64,000 nucleotides of DNA, from the NCBI RefSeq assembly GCF_009914755.1, contig NC_060944.1; one strand, given 5' to 3'. A model generated the notes under the pieces. The model saw nothing but the letters and a program-made list of their open reading frames with translations. It was not told the origin of the DNA and searched no databases. This DNA comes from the human T2T-CHM13v2.0 reference genome, Homo sapiens. Numbering within the stretch: the stretch's first letter is position 1; each line of letters begins with the position of its first letter. This document shows positions 31,531 through 45,586 of the stretch, one piece after another. The position numbers and the translations under genes were made by a program.

Positions 31531-34209
31531 ATGAGCCAAAGACTCTAACAGACACTTCACCAAAGAAGATATACAGATGGCAAATAAGCATATAAAAAGA
31601 TATTTCACATCATATGTCATCAGGGAAATGCAAATTAACACAACAACAAGATACCATTAGAATGGCCAAAATCCAAAACATTGACAACATCAGATGCTGA
31701 CAAGGATGTGGAGCAACAGGAATTCTTATTCATTGAGAATAGTGAGAATTCAAAATGGCGTGACCACTTTGGAAGACAGTTTGATGTTTGCTTATGAAAT
31801 TAAACGTACGCTTACCATAGGATCCAACAATTGTGCTGCTTGGTATTTACCCAAAAAACTTGAAAAATTGTGTCCACACAAAAACAAAAAAACCTGCACA
31901 CAGGTGTTTATAGCAGCTTTATTCATAATTGACAAAACTTGGAATCAGCCAAGATGTCCTTCAGTAGGTGAAGGGATAAACTATATCTTATTAGCACTGA
32001 ATAATATTCCATTGTCTGGCTATCCAGTGCTAATAAGTGCTGGCTATCCAGTGCTATTCAGTGCTAATAAGAAATGAGCCGTCAAGCCATGAGAAAATAT
32101 TTTTTGAAACTCAGTGAAAAAAGTTAAAGAAGCCAATCTAAAGAGGCTACCTACACTATGATTCCAACTACATAGCCTTCTAGAAAAGGCAAAACTATGA
32201 AGACAGGAAAAAGATCAATGGTTGCCAGGGGTTGAGAAGAGGAAGGGATAAATAGGCAGAGCACAGAACACTTTCAGGACAGTGAAACTATGCTATGTGT
32301 TACTATAATGGTTAATACAGGTCATTATACATTTGTCCAAACTCATATAACTGTACAACAGCACGAGTGAACCCTAATGAACTCTGGGTGATAATGATGT
32401 GTCAATGTAGGTTCATCAGTTGTAACAAATGCATGACTCTAGTGGAAGATGTCGATAGTCAGAGAGAGTATGTCTCTATGGGGGCAGGGGATATTTGGGA
32501 AATCTCTGTTCCTTCTGTTCAATTTCGTTATGAAACTAAAAATGCTCTGAAACAATAGTCTATTTTTTAAGTGACTATTAGGTAGAAGAAAAAAAAAAAC
32601 ACTAATTGCAGAAAACCAAACAAGGCAAGGCCAACTAGACTATGAGCAACTGCTGGCTCCTGCTGCATGAACTAGACACTTATCTGGTCACATGTGCCTG
32701 GCAGCCCGGGTATTTCTACTGCTAATCAGAAACTGGAAGTTATTGAAAACAGAGCTCAGAGACACAGGACCCACTGAGTCACATTGCATCTGAGTTTCAC
32801 AGAGGTCAAGGGTTGAGGAATGATCCTGACTTAATCCTAACAGGTAACAGTCACTCGGAGAGTGAGAGAAGGGAGCTAGATAGGATATAGATCAGAGAAA
32901 AGAGAGAATGAAAGGAAAGAAAGACAGGCAAAATGGCAGCTCGTAGAAGTATATCCCACATTCTATCTCCTTTATTTGTCAAAACAAACAACAAAAAGGA
33001 TTGGTTTCCAGAGTTCTAAGGTTGCTATAATGCCTAAAGAAACATGGGTTAAGTTTTGGCTACAGGAAAATGTTTGTATCTATTTGAAGATTAACCCCCT
33101 CCCCCCTGCACACACACACTCTAGAGGGTGAGAGAGACGTGGGGACAGCCAGCCAACCTTCTTGTCCCTGGGCCTGCAGCAGCATCAGGGCACCTGGTGT
33201 GGAGCTGTGGCTGGAGGCTGATTAGAGGAAGGAGGCTCTCTAACCAGCTCAGGTCCTGCAGAGATTGTGAGGGCTCTTCTGGGAAACAGGGACAGGGCAG
33301 CACCACCAGCATGACACAGAAGGAAGAAAGCACAGGCAGTTCTGAAAACTCCACCGAAGGGTTGGGGGCTGGAGAGTCTGCACTGCCTGCTTTCAGGAAG
33401 TGACCCAACACCCCAAAGTCAGAAACTGGGGTACACCAGGTGAAGTTGTAGAGAAAGCAACACCAGGGTCCCCTCCTGTGAGAAGCAATCTATACCTCTG
33501 CTGGTTATAAGTAAGCAATAACCCTGCTGAGGGGCTCATGGGTCCTGGAAGAGCACAGGATGTTGTCTTTTTCCCTGGAACTAAGACTTGTATTCATGGA
33601 ATAGGTGGTAGAGTGTGAGTTGAGCAAAAATACTTCCTAAATTCCCAAATGAGTTCAGACCTCATTAGCAGAGTTCTGTGTGATACATTAGCTTTGTACT
33701 AGAGGAGGGATGTTAACCCTAAAAGCATTGACTTCACACTGTGCTTGCAAACCAAAGGACAGAACTTAGAGACAAATGGTACCAAAGTGCTCAAAGCTGA
33801 AAACAAGAGAACCGAACTCTGGTTAATTTAAAAAGAAAAGAAGTATAGGACAGATATTAGGTGGCTTTAGAAAGACCCAAATATATAAAACCACATCAAA
33901 TATTAAGGGAGGATGCTATGTCAATTAGGATAAGGCTTGACAGCAGGTGAGAGAAAAACAAAGTAACCATGGCTCAAATAAGGTAGAAGCTTATTGCTCT
34001 CTCATTAAAAAACAGAAGTTGATAGTCCCAGGTAAGTACAAGTTCTGGGTTTCCTCAGTCTCACTGCTCCATATTTCTCCTGAAGCAGTTTCCATTTCAT
34101 GGTCTAAGATGACTGTCCAAGCTCTAGCCATCACATTCTTATTTCAGCTAGCAAAAAAAGAGGGAGTGGGAAAGGGCTTCCCAGAAGTTAAAGATACCAT
34201 TTCTTTTTA

Positions 34210-34580
<371 letters not shown>

Positions 34581-37500
34581 AGAGATCGTCTTTATCTAGA
34601 ATAGTCATGTGCCCCACATAAAAAAAAAAAAAAAAAAAAAAGATTTTATGACAAATAAAGAAGATGCTGAAAAGAAAATTAGCAGTTTTGTCCACAGGGG
34701 CCTAAACCACATGAATACTGATGACAATTGTCAAAATTCTTACAGCTAGTGTGGTAGACCAGAAACCCTCTGAAGCCTGCTGCCTTTCTAGGTAAGAGGG
34801 GATTGTCGCTTGGATCCAAGGGGAGAAACGCTCTAGGACGTTCCAGAATTCTGGCCCCAGAAGCATCTAAAACCCTCATTAGCACTGCAAGGTAAACATA
34901 ATCCTTCCTCTGTCTGCCTAGGCCTGGTGCCTTGAAGCCTCAGCCTGAGCACAGGGACTTGGTGTGTTTTCTTCACCACTTGATCCTCGGCTTCTAGCCC
35001 AGGGCCTGGCACACACAGTGAGCTCTCAAAGACATGCTTGTGAAGCTGATGAATGACTGCTACATTCAACTCCCTCCCATATAAATACATAACTATTTTT
35101 CACATGTATGTACATATTAAAAAGTAGCGTTGAATTCACATCTTTTCTTTTCATGTGTATTTTACTAGGGAATGTCGAAGTGTGTGTAGAGACAGGAGAG
35201 GCAGCACTCAGATTCTTGGGCTAGACTGCTCAGGTTTGACTCCCTAATTGGCTGCATGCTAGCTATGTGACCTTGAGCAAGGTACTTAACTTCTCCATGC
35301 CTTCGTTTCTTCATTGTAAAATATGATCATAATGATACTGTTGCTCACAGGGTTGCCATGAAGAATTAATGAGTCAACATTTATATTATGGAAATTGTGC
35401 ATGTGTATCGCTTAAAATAGTGATTGGCACAGAGTGTTCAATAAAACAAAATATTAAAAGTACAAGTACCGTTTTGCAAAGTCATTTTTTAATGTCGTAA
35501 AGAGATTCTCCTCCTGAACAGAGCTGAAAAGCTGCAACCTAGCCTAGATGACTTCCAATTTGACAGCTTTTTAGGTCCAAGCATTTCTTAAAAGTGCTGT
35601 ACTCCCAAGAGTGAGGCAGTTCGTCATCTTCAAAGGCAGTTTGTGCTGCATCTCCTGGGTGTCCAGACCTAGCTTAAAGAGATACGGGTTGTTCTAAGAG
35701 AAAAGACACACTCCCACCCTCTTTTCTTGGCTAAGGAACCCAGTGCAGCCACTGACTGTATTTCTCTCTCCAACTCTTCCACCTGCCAACTCGCTTGCTT
35801 CATAGCATCTCAGCAGCTGACCATATTGCAAACAGATCAGTTTCCTTTGATGCCCTGGACCAGACGAGGTCCATATGAGGTTCTCAAACAAAGCTTTTGC
35901 TTTGTTTCTAAACAACTTAAGAAGATTTCAAAGAGGAAGACGTGCTCTATTTTCTCAGGATCCCTTTTCCTGCTCAAACAGAAAGAAAAGCCCAAGACCC
36001 AGGGAGGGACCCAGTGATACAGACAGACAGACTTTGAGAAGGAGACAGGATAAGGAATAGCTGCAAAGCTTAGATTACTTCCTAAAGGATGGGGGTGGAA
36101 TATGTGATCTTTATCTAATCAGACAGTCTACTCAGGAAGTCCCCGAGATCAAAGCAAGGGGCTTTTTATTTAGCACTGTGTCAACTTGAAAACAGTCCTG
36201 GCAAAGCCACAGATCTGGATAAGCTCACACCTCTCCCCACCCCCGCTGCCCTGACCTGTCTCTCAGCATCTGAACTCTCTTAACATTCCATTTAGAATAA
36301 AATCCTGGGTTAAAAAGAGTCCCTGGGATTACTGTAGGAAGAGACAACATTTGACAAAGCAAGGCAGAAAACGCCACAGTCCTTCCTGACTTCCAGAACA
36401 ATTGGGTGCATACTCTGGGGGAAGACACCACCCAGGCATTGTGTCACAGCGTCTCGGAGGAAAAATAGGAACTAAGAGCAATCAGACCACAACATGGAAT
36501 AGGGAGGGCAAGAGAACAGAGCTACAGTCCCCAAATATTACTTGCTACAAAGAATAAGAGAGTCGGTAGGGTTGGGGTATGTCCTTGTAAAGCAGGAGAA
36601 ACACATTGAAGAAATGTGTTGAAGAAAAGACAGGGGCTTGAGAAGACTAGGGACTGGTCCAAAGGAAGGGAGGTCACTTACTGGAAACACAATGACTCAG
36701 GCGGAGCAAGGCAAGAAAGTTGGAATCACACTGCAAAGGTAGAAAGAGCTCATCTTCCTGGATGAAAGACTATTGAACCGTGGTTCCCATAACCCAGTGT
36801 GTTACCAAAGAGAAAGAACTCAGCCCTATTCCTTTCCCAATGTAACTTATATCCTACCAAATCCAGTATCTACCAAAAAACAGATAAATGCTTCAGTATG
36901 ATACTATTCATATGAAACTACGTTTTCTTGGCCATTTACTTTGTTAGGCAACATATAGTATCTCATTTAATCTTTATAACTACCATACGACTATAATTCT
37001 CATTTGATAACCTGCATTTATTCCTTTAGACCTGATTTTTCTTATACATGTCATGGACTACTCCCAGAGTTAATTACTAAAAGAATGTTCTTAAATGAGA
37101 GTATTTAGTATTTATCTTGGAAAAAAAGCCTTCTTCTTCAATCCCAGAATTTTGAAATGAAGGCTTCTTTATGGAAGAATAAACTAACCAACAGAAAATC
37201 ATTGGTTTATTCTTTCATAAATAGATGGGCCAAAATATTTTTGGTCTCCTCTGACCAAAAAAATTGTTAATAGCCTGAATGATAAGAAATGCATTCTTTC
37301 TTGTGAGTCTTTCTGAGTTTCTATTTAGTTAGCTGCTTTTAGGGTGTGTGCTTCTCTAAGAAATGTTATCTATCTCCCTTCCTATAAGGACAACAACTTG
37401 CAGTGGTGTGAAATTATTATAAGTCGAGAAGTATTTGCAGTAATTGCTTGGTGCCCTATAAAAACATACTGTAACTTTCAGGTACTATCCCTGGGACCTA

Positions 37501-38488
37501 GCTGTGAAATCAACTTTCATAACCCTCACGAATGCTTGTGTACCTGTTTACAACAAGTGGCTGTTTACAAAGCATGTCCCCATGGGTTGTCTCTGACTTT
37601 CACAGCCCCACCTCACAGGTAAGGGAACAGAAGATGACAGCAAGGAATCAATTAGCTTAAAAATTCACAGAGAGTTGTAGGGAACAATTGCCTTGCTAGC
37701 TGCAAGATATAACTAAATGTGAGGTGTGTTTTTTAAATATGACTTCTAGCTCCAGAACTTGTGCAGCTTAAAAGTGATAGGCAGTACCCAAAGATGCAGA
37801 AAAGAGGATCTTGTCCACATTTTAGGCAGGGGTGTAGAATTTAAATTTACATCCTTACTTCTCACTGAAAACTAACAGGTCTTAATTGTGATTAGATGAG
37901 AGACTTTTGGAAGAAACTAAGTTTCAGTTGGCTTTAATTATGCCTTAATCATGCTCATCTATTTCAAATATTAAGGAAGCTTGCACTGGAATGGGTAGAA
38001 AGGGCTAGAAAATGAAAAACAAAATGATGCCTACAAAGTGTCTTCACACCGCTTTCAATTTTCCAGGCATAATCTCTTCTTGAGGTTGGTGTCAAGCCAG
38101 GTGTCAGGAACAGCACCTAGCACCACTACAGAAAGCACCTACTAAACAAATTATTAGATATTACATACATTTGAAGCTGGAAGCACGCTTAGAAATAACC
38201 TAGTTTAAGTTTCTTATTTTCTGGATGAGAAAATTAAACCCCAGGAAGGCAAAGAGACTTGCTCATGCAGCTGAAGAAAAATACAAGGATCCCTAGCTTT
38301 GATGACCACATTTTAACACCATCTGAATAGAAAATATTTGTTTCTTTTCGGCTTCTTATCCTGTTAGTGCAGCTATTTCTCTATTGCTGCCTCAAAGAAA
38401 CAAATCAGAATGTTTCTGTTTATTTTATAGGTAGTGTTCCAACCAGGGAGCTCCTGGATGCAAGGAACAGAGAGCCACTCGACCTAAG

Positions 38489-38507
38489 TGACCACCAGAG
38501 GGTGCCC
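38489..38507 (+). promoter_or_regulatory. Candidate CTCF binding motif
   Basis: TGACCACCAGAGGGTGCCC versus core CCACCAGRGGGCGC; one C>T at a CpG position. Confidence 0.4.
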
Positions 38508-40075
38508 ACAGGACAGCCCGACAAATGGGGTGAGGTGGGGGGATGGCCCTGGAGTGTCTCCCTTCTCACGAGAAACGCATGTGGTATCACAACTGAGACT
38601 TATCTTTTGTTCCCATCAAGAAGTTAGAGGTCTCAGGTCTCTTCTGAAATGCGAGGTTGCACATCTGTATTGGGGAAGAAAATCTGCAACACGTGCCAAC
38701 CTCGTGCTTAAGATGTATTTGTTTCGAACTCCTGCATGCTTGCTCTTCTGGTATCTGTCTCCATAAATAAAATGGGAAGAAATATGTCACTTTGATTTCC
38801 ACACAGGCAGAAGAGAGTTGTGATTAGATGTCATGAGAGGGTCCACAGTTTCTGCTACAGGAAAGGTGATAGGGGGATTATAATATTCACCTTTCCCCAA
38901 CTTGTTTCCTGGAACAGTTACCTAGTTGTCCCCAGAGAATCGATAATGGGTTTAGACAAAAACCCTGTGTTCCCTTCGGAAGACGAAATTCCTTTCAGAA
39001 GAAAGCCAGATCCAGAATAATCAATTAATTCCACCTGTATCAAAACTGTGACATGTGGGTAATATCCATTCATTCCTTCCCTTTGATAAACTAGGTTCAT
39101 CCATTTGAACCTGATTTTTCTTACATGCCAGTAATTACTCCGAGAACTGACTCTTAACAGAAAATTTTTCAAGTATAATATTTGACATACACTTTAAAAG
39201 AAAACATTGTTCTTTAATCCCAGCATTTCAAAATGGAGGTTTCCTTATGAATATAGAACACCAATACACACGTCGACCATCAAAAAAGTGGTACCTACAA
39301 AGAGGTAGTCCTATCTTACCACCTCTTTATAGTCACATCTTCCACCCAACCCTCCCAACTCCGGGTAACCACTGATCTGTTTTCCATCACTACAGTTTTT
39401 GAAATGTCATGTAACCAGAAACATGCAGTGTGTTACCTTTTTGTGAGTGGTTTCTTTCGCTCAGCATAAGGCCTTTGAGATTCATCCAAGTTATCATATG
39501 TGTCAGCAGTTTATTCTTTTTTATTGCTGAGTAGCATTCCATGTATGGATGCACCAGAGCTTGTTTATCCACTCGCCTACTAAAGGATATTTAAGTTGTT
39601 TGTAAGTTTTGGGAAATTATGAAAATAATTGCTATAAACATTTATGTACAGATTTTTATGTGCACCTAAGATTTCATTTCTCTAGGGTAAATACTTAGGA
39701 GTGGGACCGTTGGGTCATGTAGTATGTATATGTATATATTCGATTTAAGTATATGTATATATTCAATTTAGTAAGTATATGTATATATTCGATTTTTCAG
39801 AGTGGCTGTACCATTTCCATCTCCAGCATCAATATGTGAGTGTTCCATACATACACATACTCAGTTGCTACACATCCTCACCAACACTTGGTATGAATTT
39901 TTTTTATTTTAGCCATTCTAATAGGTATATAGTGGTATCTCAACATGTTGTTAGTTTGATTTCCTTAGCGTTTCATGATGTTGAGCATTTTTCATGTGTT
40001 TCTTTGCCTTTCATAAATCCTTTTTGATGGTATGCCCAGTCAGGTCTTTTGTTCATTTTTTAAATTGGGTTGTTT

Positions 40076-42387
40076 ACACATGATTATCTCAATAGATGAA
40101 GAAGAGGCCTTCAATAAAATTCAACACCCCTTCATGTTAAAAACTCTCAATAAACTAGGTATTGCTGAAACATACCTCAAAATAATAAGAGCCATATATG
40201 GCAAACCCACAGCCAATATCATACTGAATGGGCAAAAGCTGGAAGCATTTCCCTTGAAAATTGGCACAAGACAAGGATGCCCTCTCTCACCGCTCCTATT
40301 TAACACAGTATTGGAAGTTCTGGCCAGGACAATCAGGAAGAGAAAGAAATAAAGCATATGCGAATAGGAAGAGGGGAAGTCAAATTATCTTTGTTTGCAG
40401 ATGACATGATCCTATATCTAGAAAACCCCATTATCTCAGCCCAAAAGCTTCTTAAGCTGATAAGCAACTTCAGCAAAGTCTCAGGATAGAAAATCAACGT
40501 GCAAAAATCACCAGCATTCCTATAACAAACAACAGGCAACCAGAGAGCCAAATCATGAATGAACTCCCATTGACAATTGCTACAAAAAGAATAAAATACC
40601 CAGGAATAGAGCTAATAAGGGAAGTGAAGAACCTCTTCAAGGAGAACTACAAACCACTGCTCAAGAAAATCAGAGAAGACACAATGGAGCAACATTTCAT
40701 GCACAAGGATAGGAAGAATCAATATCATGAAAATGGCCATACTGCCCAAAGTAATTTGTAGATTCAGTGCTATCCCATTAAACTACCATCGACATTCTTC
40801 ACAAATTAGAAAAAAAAACTATTCTAAAATTCATATGGGACCAAAAAGAGCCTGAATAGCCAAGACAATCCTAAGCAAAAAGAACAAAGCTGGAGGCATC
40901 ACACTATTTGACTTCAAACTATACTACAAGGTCACAGTAACCAAAACAGCATGGTACTGGTACAAGAACAGACACATAGACCAGTGGAACAGAACAGAGA
41001 ACTCAGAAATAAGACCGCACACCTACAACTATCTGACCTTTGACAAACTTGACAAAAACAAGCAATGGGGAAATGACTCCCTATTTATAAATGGTGCTGG
41101 GAGTGCTGGCTAGCCATATGCAGAAAATCGAAACTGGACCCCTTCACTACGCCATATACAAAAATTAACTCAAAATGGATTAAAGACTTAAATGTAAAAC
41201 CCAAAACTATAAAAATCCTAGAAGAAAATCTAGGCAATCCCATTCAGGACATAGGCATGGGCATAGATTTCATGATGAAAATGTCAAAAGCAATCTCAAC
41301 AAAAGCAAAAATTGACAAACAGGATCTAATTAAACTAAAGAGCGACTGCACAGCAAAAGAAACTATCATTAGAGTGAACAGACAACCTACAGAATGGGAG
41401 AAAATTTTTGCAATCTATCCACCTGACAAAGGTCTAATATTCAGAGTCTACGAGGAACTTAAACAAATTTACAAGAAAAAAAACCAAACAACCCCATTAA
41501 AAAGTGAGCAAAGGACATGAACAGACACTTCTCAACAGAAGACATACATGTGGCCAACAAACATGAAGAAAAGCTCAACATCCCTGATCATTAGAGAACT
41601 GCAAATTAAAACCACAATGAGATACCATCTCACGCCCGTCAGAATGGTGATTATTAAAAAGTCAAGAAACAATGGATGCTGGTGAGGTTGCAGAGAAAAA
41701 GGAACCCTGTTACATTGTTGGTGGGAGTGTAAATTAGTTCAACCATTGTGGAAGACAGTGTGGTGATTCCTCAAATATGTAGAGGCAGAAATATCATTTG
41801 ACCAGCAATCCCATTACTGGGTATATACCCCCCAAAATATAAATCATTTTATTATGAAGACACATGCACACATATGTTCACTGCAGCACTATTCACAATA
41901 GCAAAGACATGGAATCAACCTAAATGCCCATCAATGATAGACTGGATAAAGAAAATGTGGTACATATACAACATGGAATACTATGCTGCTATAAAAAGGA
42001 ATGAGATCGTGCCTTTGCAGGGACATGCATGGAGTGGGAAGCCATTATCCTCAGCAAACTAACACAGGAACAGATAACCAAACACCATGTGTTCTCACTT
42101 ATAAGTGGGAGCTGAATGATGAGAACACATGGTCACATTGTGGGGAACAACACACACTGGGACCTGTAGGAGGGTGGGGGGAGGGAGAGCATCAGGAAGA
42201 ATATCTAATGAATGCTGGGCTTAATACCTGGGTGATGGGATAATCCGTGCAGCAAACCATGGCAAACATTTACCTATGTAACAAATCTGCACATCCTGCA
42301 CATGCACCACTGAACTTAAAATAAAAATTGAATTTAAAAAGTTTAAAAAATTAAATAAAACCTAATTTTAAAAAGTAAAATAAAATA
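40076..42387 (+). mobile_element. 5'-truncated older primate L1PA/L1P
   Basis: RT remnant [22 protein letters not shown]...[13 protein letters not shown], 3' UTR and A-rich tail; 14-bp TSD AAATTGGGTTGTTT at 40062-40075 and 42388-42401. Confidence 0.95.
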
Positions 42388-42513
42388 AAATTGGGTTGTT
42401 TTCTTACTGTTGATTTCTTTCTTCAGCATTTGTAGCCTTTGGCATAAGGATCCTGCATGTTATATTGGATTTGTAACTTAAACATTTCATTTTTTGAAGC
42501 TATTGTTAATAAT

Positions 42514-42902
42514 TGAGATAGAATGAATTGTGTCCCTGCCACCTCCCTGCCAAAAAAATTTATATGTTGAGATCCTAACTCCCAGTACTTCAGAATGTGA
42601 CTATATTTGGAGATAGGGTTTTTAAGGAGGTAAGTCAGGTAAAATGAGGTAATTAGAATGGTGTAATGCAATATGACTGGTGTAAGAAGAAATTAGGACA
42701 CAAACAGGCACAGAGAAGACCAGGTGAAGACAAAGGGAGAAGACAGCCATCTACGAATCAAAGAAAAAGCCCTCAGAAGAAGTCAACACCACTAAAACCT
42801 TGATCTCACCTTTCTAGCTTCCTGAACTGTGAGAAAATAGATTTCTATTGGTCAAGCCACTCAGTCTGTGGCACTTTGTTACAGCCCCAGCAAATAAATA
42901 TA
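42514..42902 (+). mobile_element. MLT1B/C-type LTR
   Basis: tgaattgtgtccc...cccagtacttcagaatgtgactatatttggagatagggt...aactgtgagaaaatagatttctattg. Confidence 0.85.
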
Positions 42903-43323
42903 GTAATATGCTTTTGTTTTTTTTCATTTCAGTTTCAATTGTTCATTGCTTACAAATACAAACAACTTGTTTTTGTGTTTACTTTGTATCCTTGCCACCC
43001 TGTTATATTCACTATTAGTCCTAGGAGTTTATTCTTAAAGATTCTTGGGGATTTTCTACATAAACAATCATGTCATCTGCAAATAGAGACAGTTTTTTTT
43101 TTCTTCCAATTGACATGTCTTTTATTTCTTATTTTTGCAATTACAACAGTTAGGACTTCCAGTATAATGGAGAATAAGAGGGATAAGAGTGGACATCCAT
43201 TTTTCACCATTAAGTATAATTTTAGCTGCGGAGATTTTCGTAAATATCATTCTCAACTTGAGAATGTTCATCTTGTTCGTTGAGAGCTTCTATCATGAAT
43301 GGATGTTATGTTTGTCAAATTCC

Positions 43324-43620
<297 letters not shown>

Positions 43621-45586
43621 TGTTTGTCAAATTATTTTTCTGTATCTATTGATATAGTCATGTGGTTTTCTTCTCTCAATTGTTAACATGTGGAATTACA
43701 TTGATTGATTTTTGAATACTGAATTAGTCTTACATTTCCTAGCTAAGCCTCAGTTGATTTTCTACATTGCTATATTTAATTTTCTAATATTATGATGTGG
43801 ACTTTTGCATCTATATTTATGAGAGATATTAGTCTGTAGTTTTAATTTCTTGTAGTGGCGTTAATTTTGGTATCAGGAAAATACTGGCCCCATAAAAAAT
43901 TGGAAAGCTTTGGCTCTTCCTTTATCTCCTAGAGGAGATCATGTAGAACTGTTATTATGTCTTCTTTAAATGTTTAGTAGAATATGTCAGTGAAACTACC
44001 TGAGCTTGAGATTTCCTTTTGTGGAAGATTTTAAACTATGGATTCAATGTATTTAATATTTATAGAACTATTCAGGTATCTATTTTATCTTGGGTGAGTT
44101 TAGATAGTTTGTGGCTTTTGAGAAATTGCTTTATTTCATCTGGATTGTAGAATTTATATGCACTGAGGTGTTCATAGTATTTCTTTTTTATCTGTCTAAT
44201 GTTTGCAGAGTCTGTATCTTTTATTCCTGACATTAGTAATGTTTGTCTTCTCTCCCTTTTTTCTTTATCAGTCTTGCTAGAGTTCATAAATTTTACTGAT
44301 CTTCTCAAAGAACCAGCTTTTGGTTTAATGGATTTGTTGTATTGTTTTTGTTTGTTTGTTTTCAACTTTACCAAGTTTTTACTATATCTGCATGATTTTC
44401 TTCTGTCTGCTTTCAGTTTGTTTTGCTCTTTTTTTCTTGTTTTAAGGTTGGAGCTTAGATTGAGTTGAGCCCTTTCTTATTTTCTAGTATAAGCATTTAA
44501 TGCTCTAAATTTCCTTCTAAACACTGCTTTATCTGCATCCCACAATTTTGATATGTTGTATTTTTATTTATGTTTGTTCCCTCTGTTTTCTCAATCCTCT
44601 GATTCCACTTTCCTGCCTTTTAGGGAGGTTATTAAACATATTTTAGTGTTCTAAGACATTTTACGTAAGTCTCAGACAGACATTCCCAACAAACTATAGA
44701 CGGTGTCCTCCAGATTCAAGACATAGCTCAAATTAATGAGAAAATTCAGGAGTTTCCTGCTTTAAGAAAAGTTATTACATCAAAAATTTTAAGTGCATTT
44801 CCAATAGAATAGAGGTGATTCTTTACATCATCAAAATATTTATTAAACAATTCTATACTGAAGCACCACCCAGTTCCCCATTTCTGATAAAGAAAAGTCT
44901 CAGCTTTGCCTTGGAGAAGGAGAATCACCTCTGTTCCATACATAATTCCTGTGATTTGTGCTATATAAACTTGTACTTCATTTTTGCTGAAGCTAGTTAG
45001 AGGTGTTACTGTGTGTGTTTTGGGGGTTTTTTTGTGGCTTTTTTTTTTTTTTTCTGTCACTTGCACTGAAAGAGTCCTGGTGACTAATACAAATTCCTCT
45101 AACAGGAAATTCCACAGTGCTTTTTTAAGTATTTTTTTAACTTTACTCCCTTCTTTATTTTCCGTGACACTGGTCAGCAAATTTCACAAAGACAAGGACT
45201 GTGACCATCTTGCTCACCATGCAATATTCTGTGACCAATACCTATTTTTGAATAAATGACAGGTCTCTGGTTTTCAGTTGGGATTTGTTTGGGTCAGGAT
45301 GCAAATGGATTAATTGACCCATTTAATATAATGATGCTGGAGCACGTTTTAATGTTCGGTCTCATTGAAGAAATGACCGTAAGTGGTCTGATCCTCAAGT
45401 AATTTCCAGTATGACTTCTTTCCTTGGGCCATGGCATGCATTTACTGTGTCCCTGTAGACCACAAAAAGATTTTCCTCCCATGGACAATTTCTGACAATG
45501 TTCTTTGTGGTTTTGGAAATAGAGATTACTTACTTCAAAATTGTGTTAACATGAATTTTGTCTATTAAGATCCATACATGTGTGTT

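Larger units (their letters stand above)
26530..32565 (+). mobile_element. Long decayed L1MC-type LINE-1 (5' region, ORF1, ORF2 with deletions, 3' UTR)
   Basis: ORF1 remnant (TEMKDAFDGLFGRLDLTEERISELED), endonuclease remnants (DITILNMYSPNN; SDHNGIELE), RT-region remnants and an L1MC1-like 3' end (gtgaaccctaatg...gaaactaaaaatgctct). Confidence 0.88.

Noticed and set aside
27109-32077. Multiple ORFs with ORF1, endonuclease and RT similarity
   Set aside because: Fragments of a decayed L1 with many stops, frameshifts and deletions; not an intact or domesticated gene
40032-42062. Reverse-transcriptase-like ORFs
   Set aside because: 5'-truncated L1PA with in-frame stops; inactive
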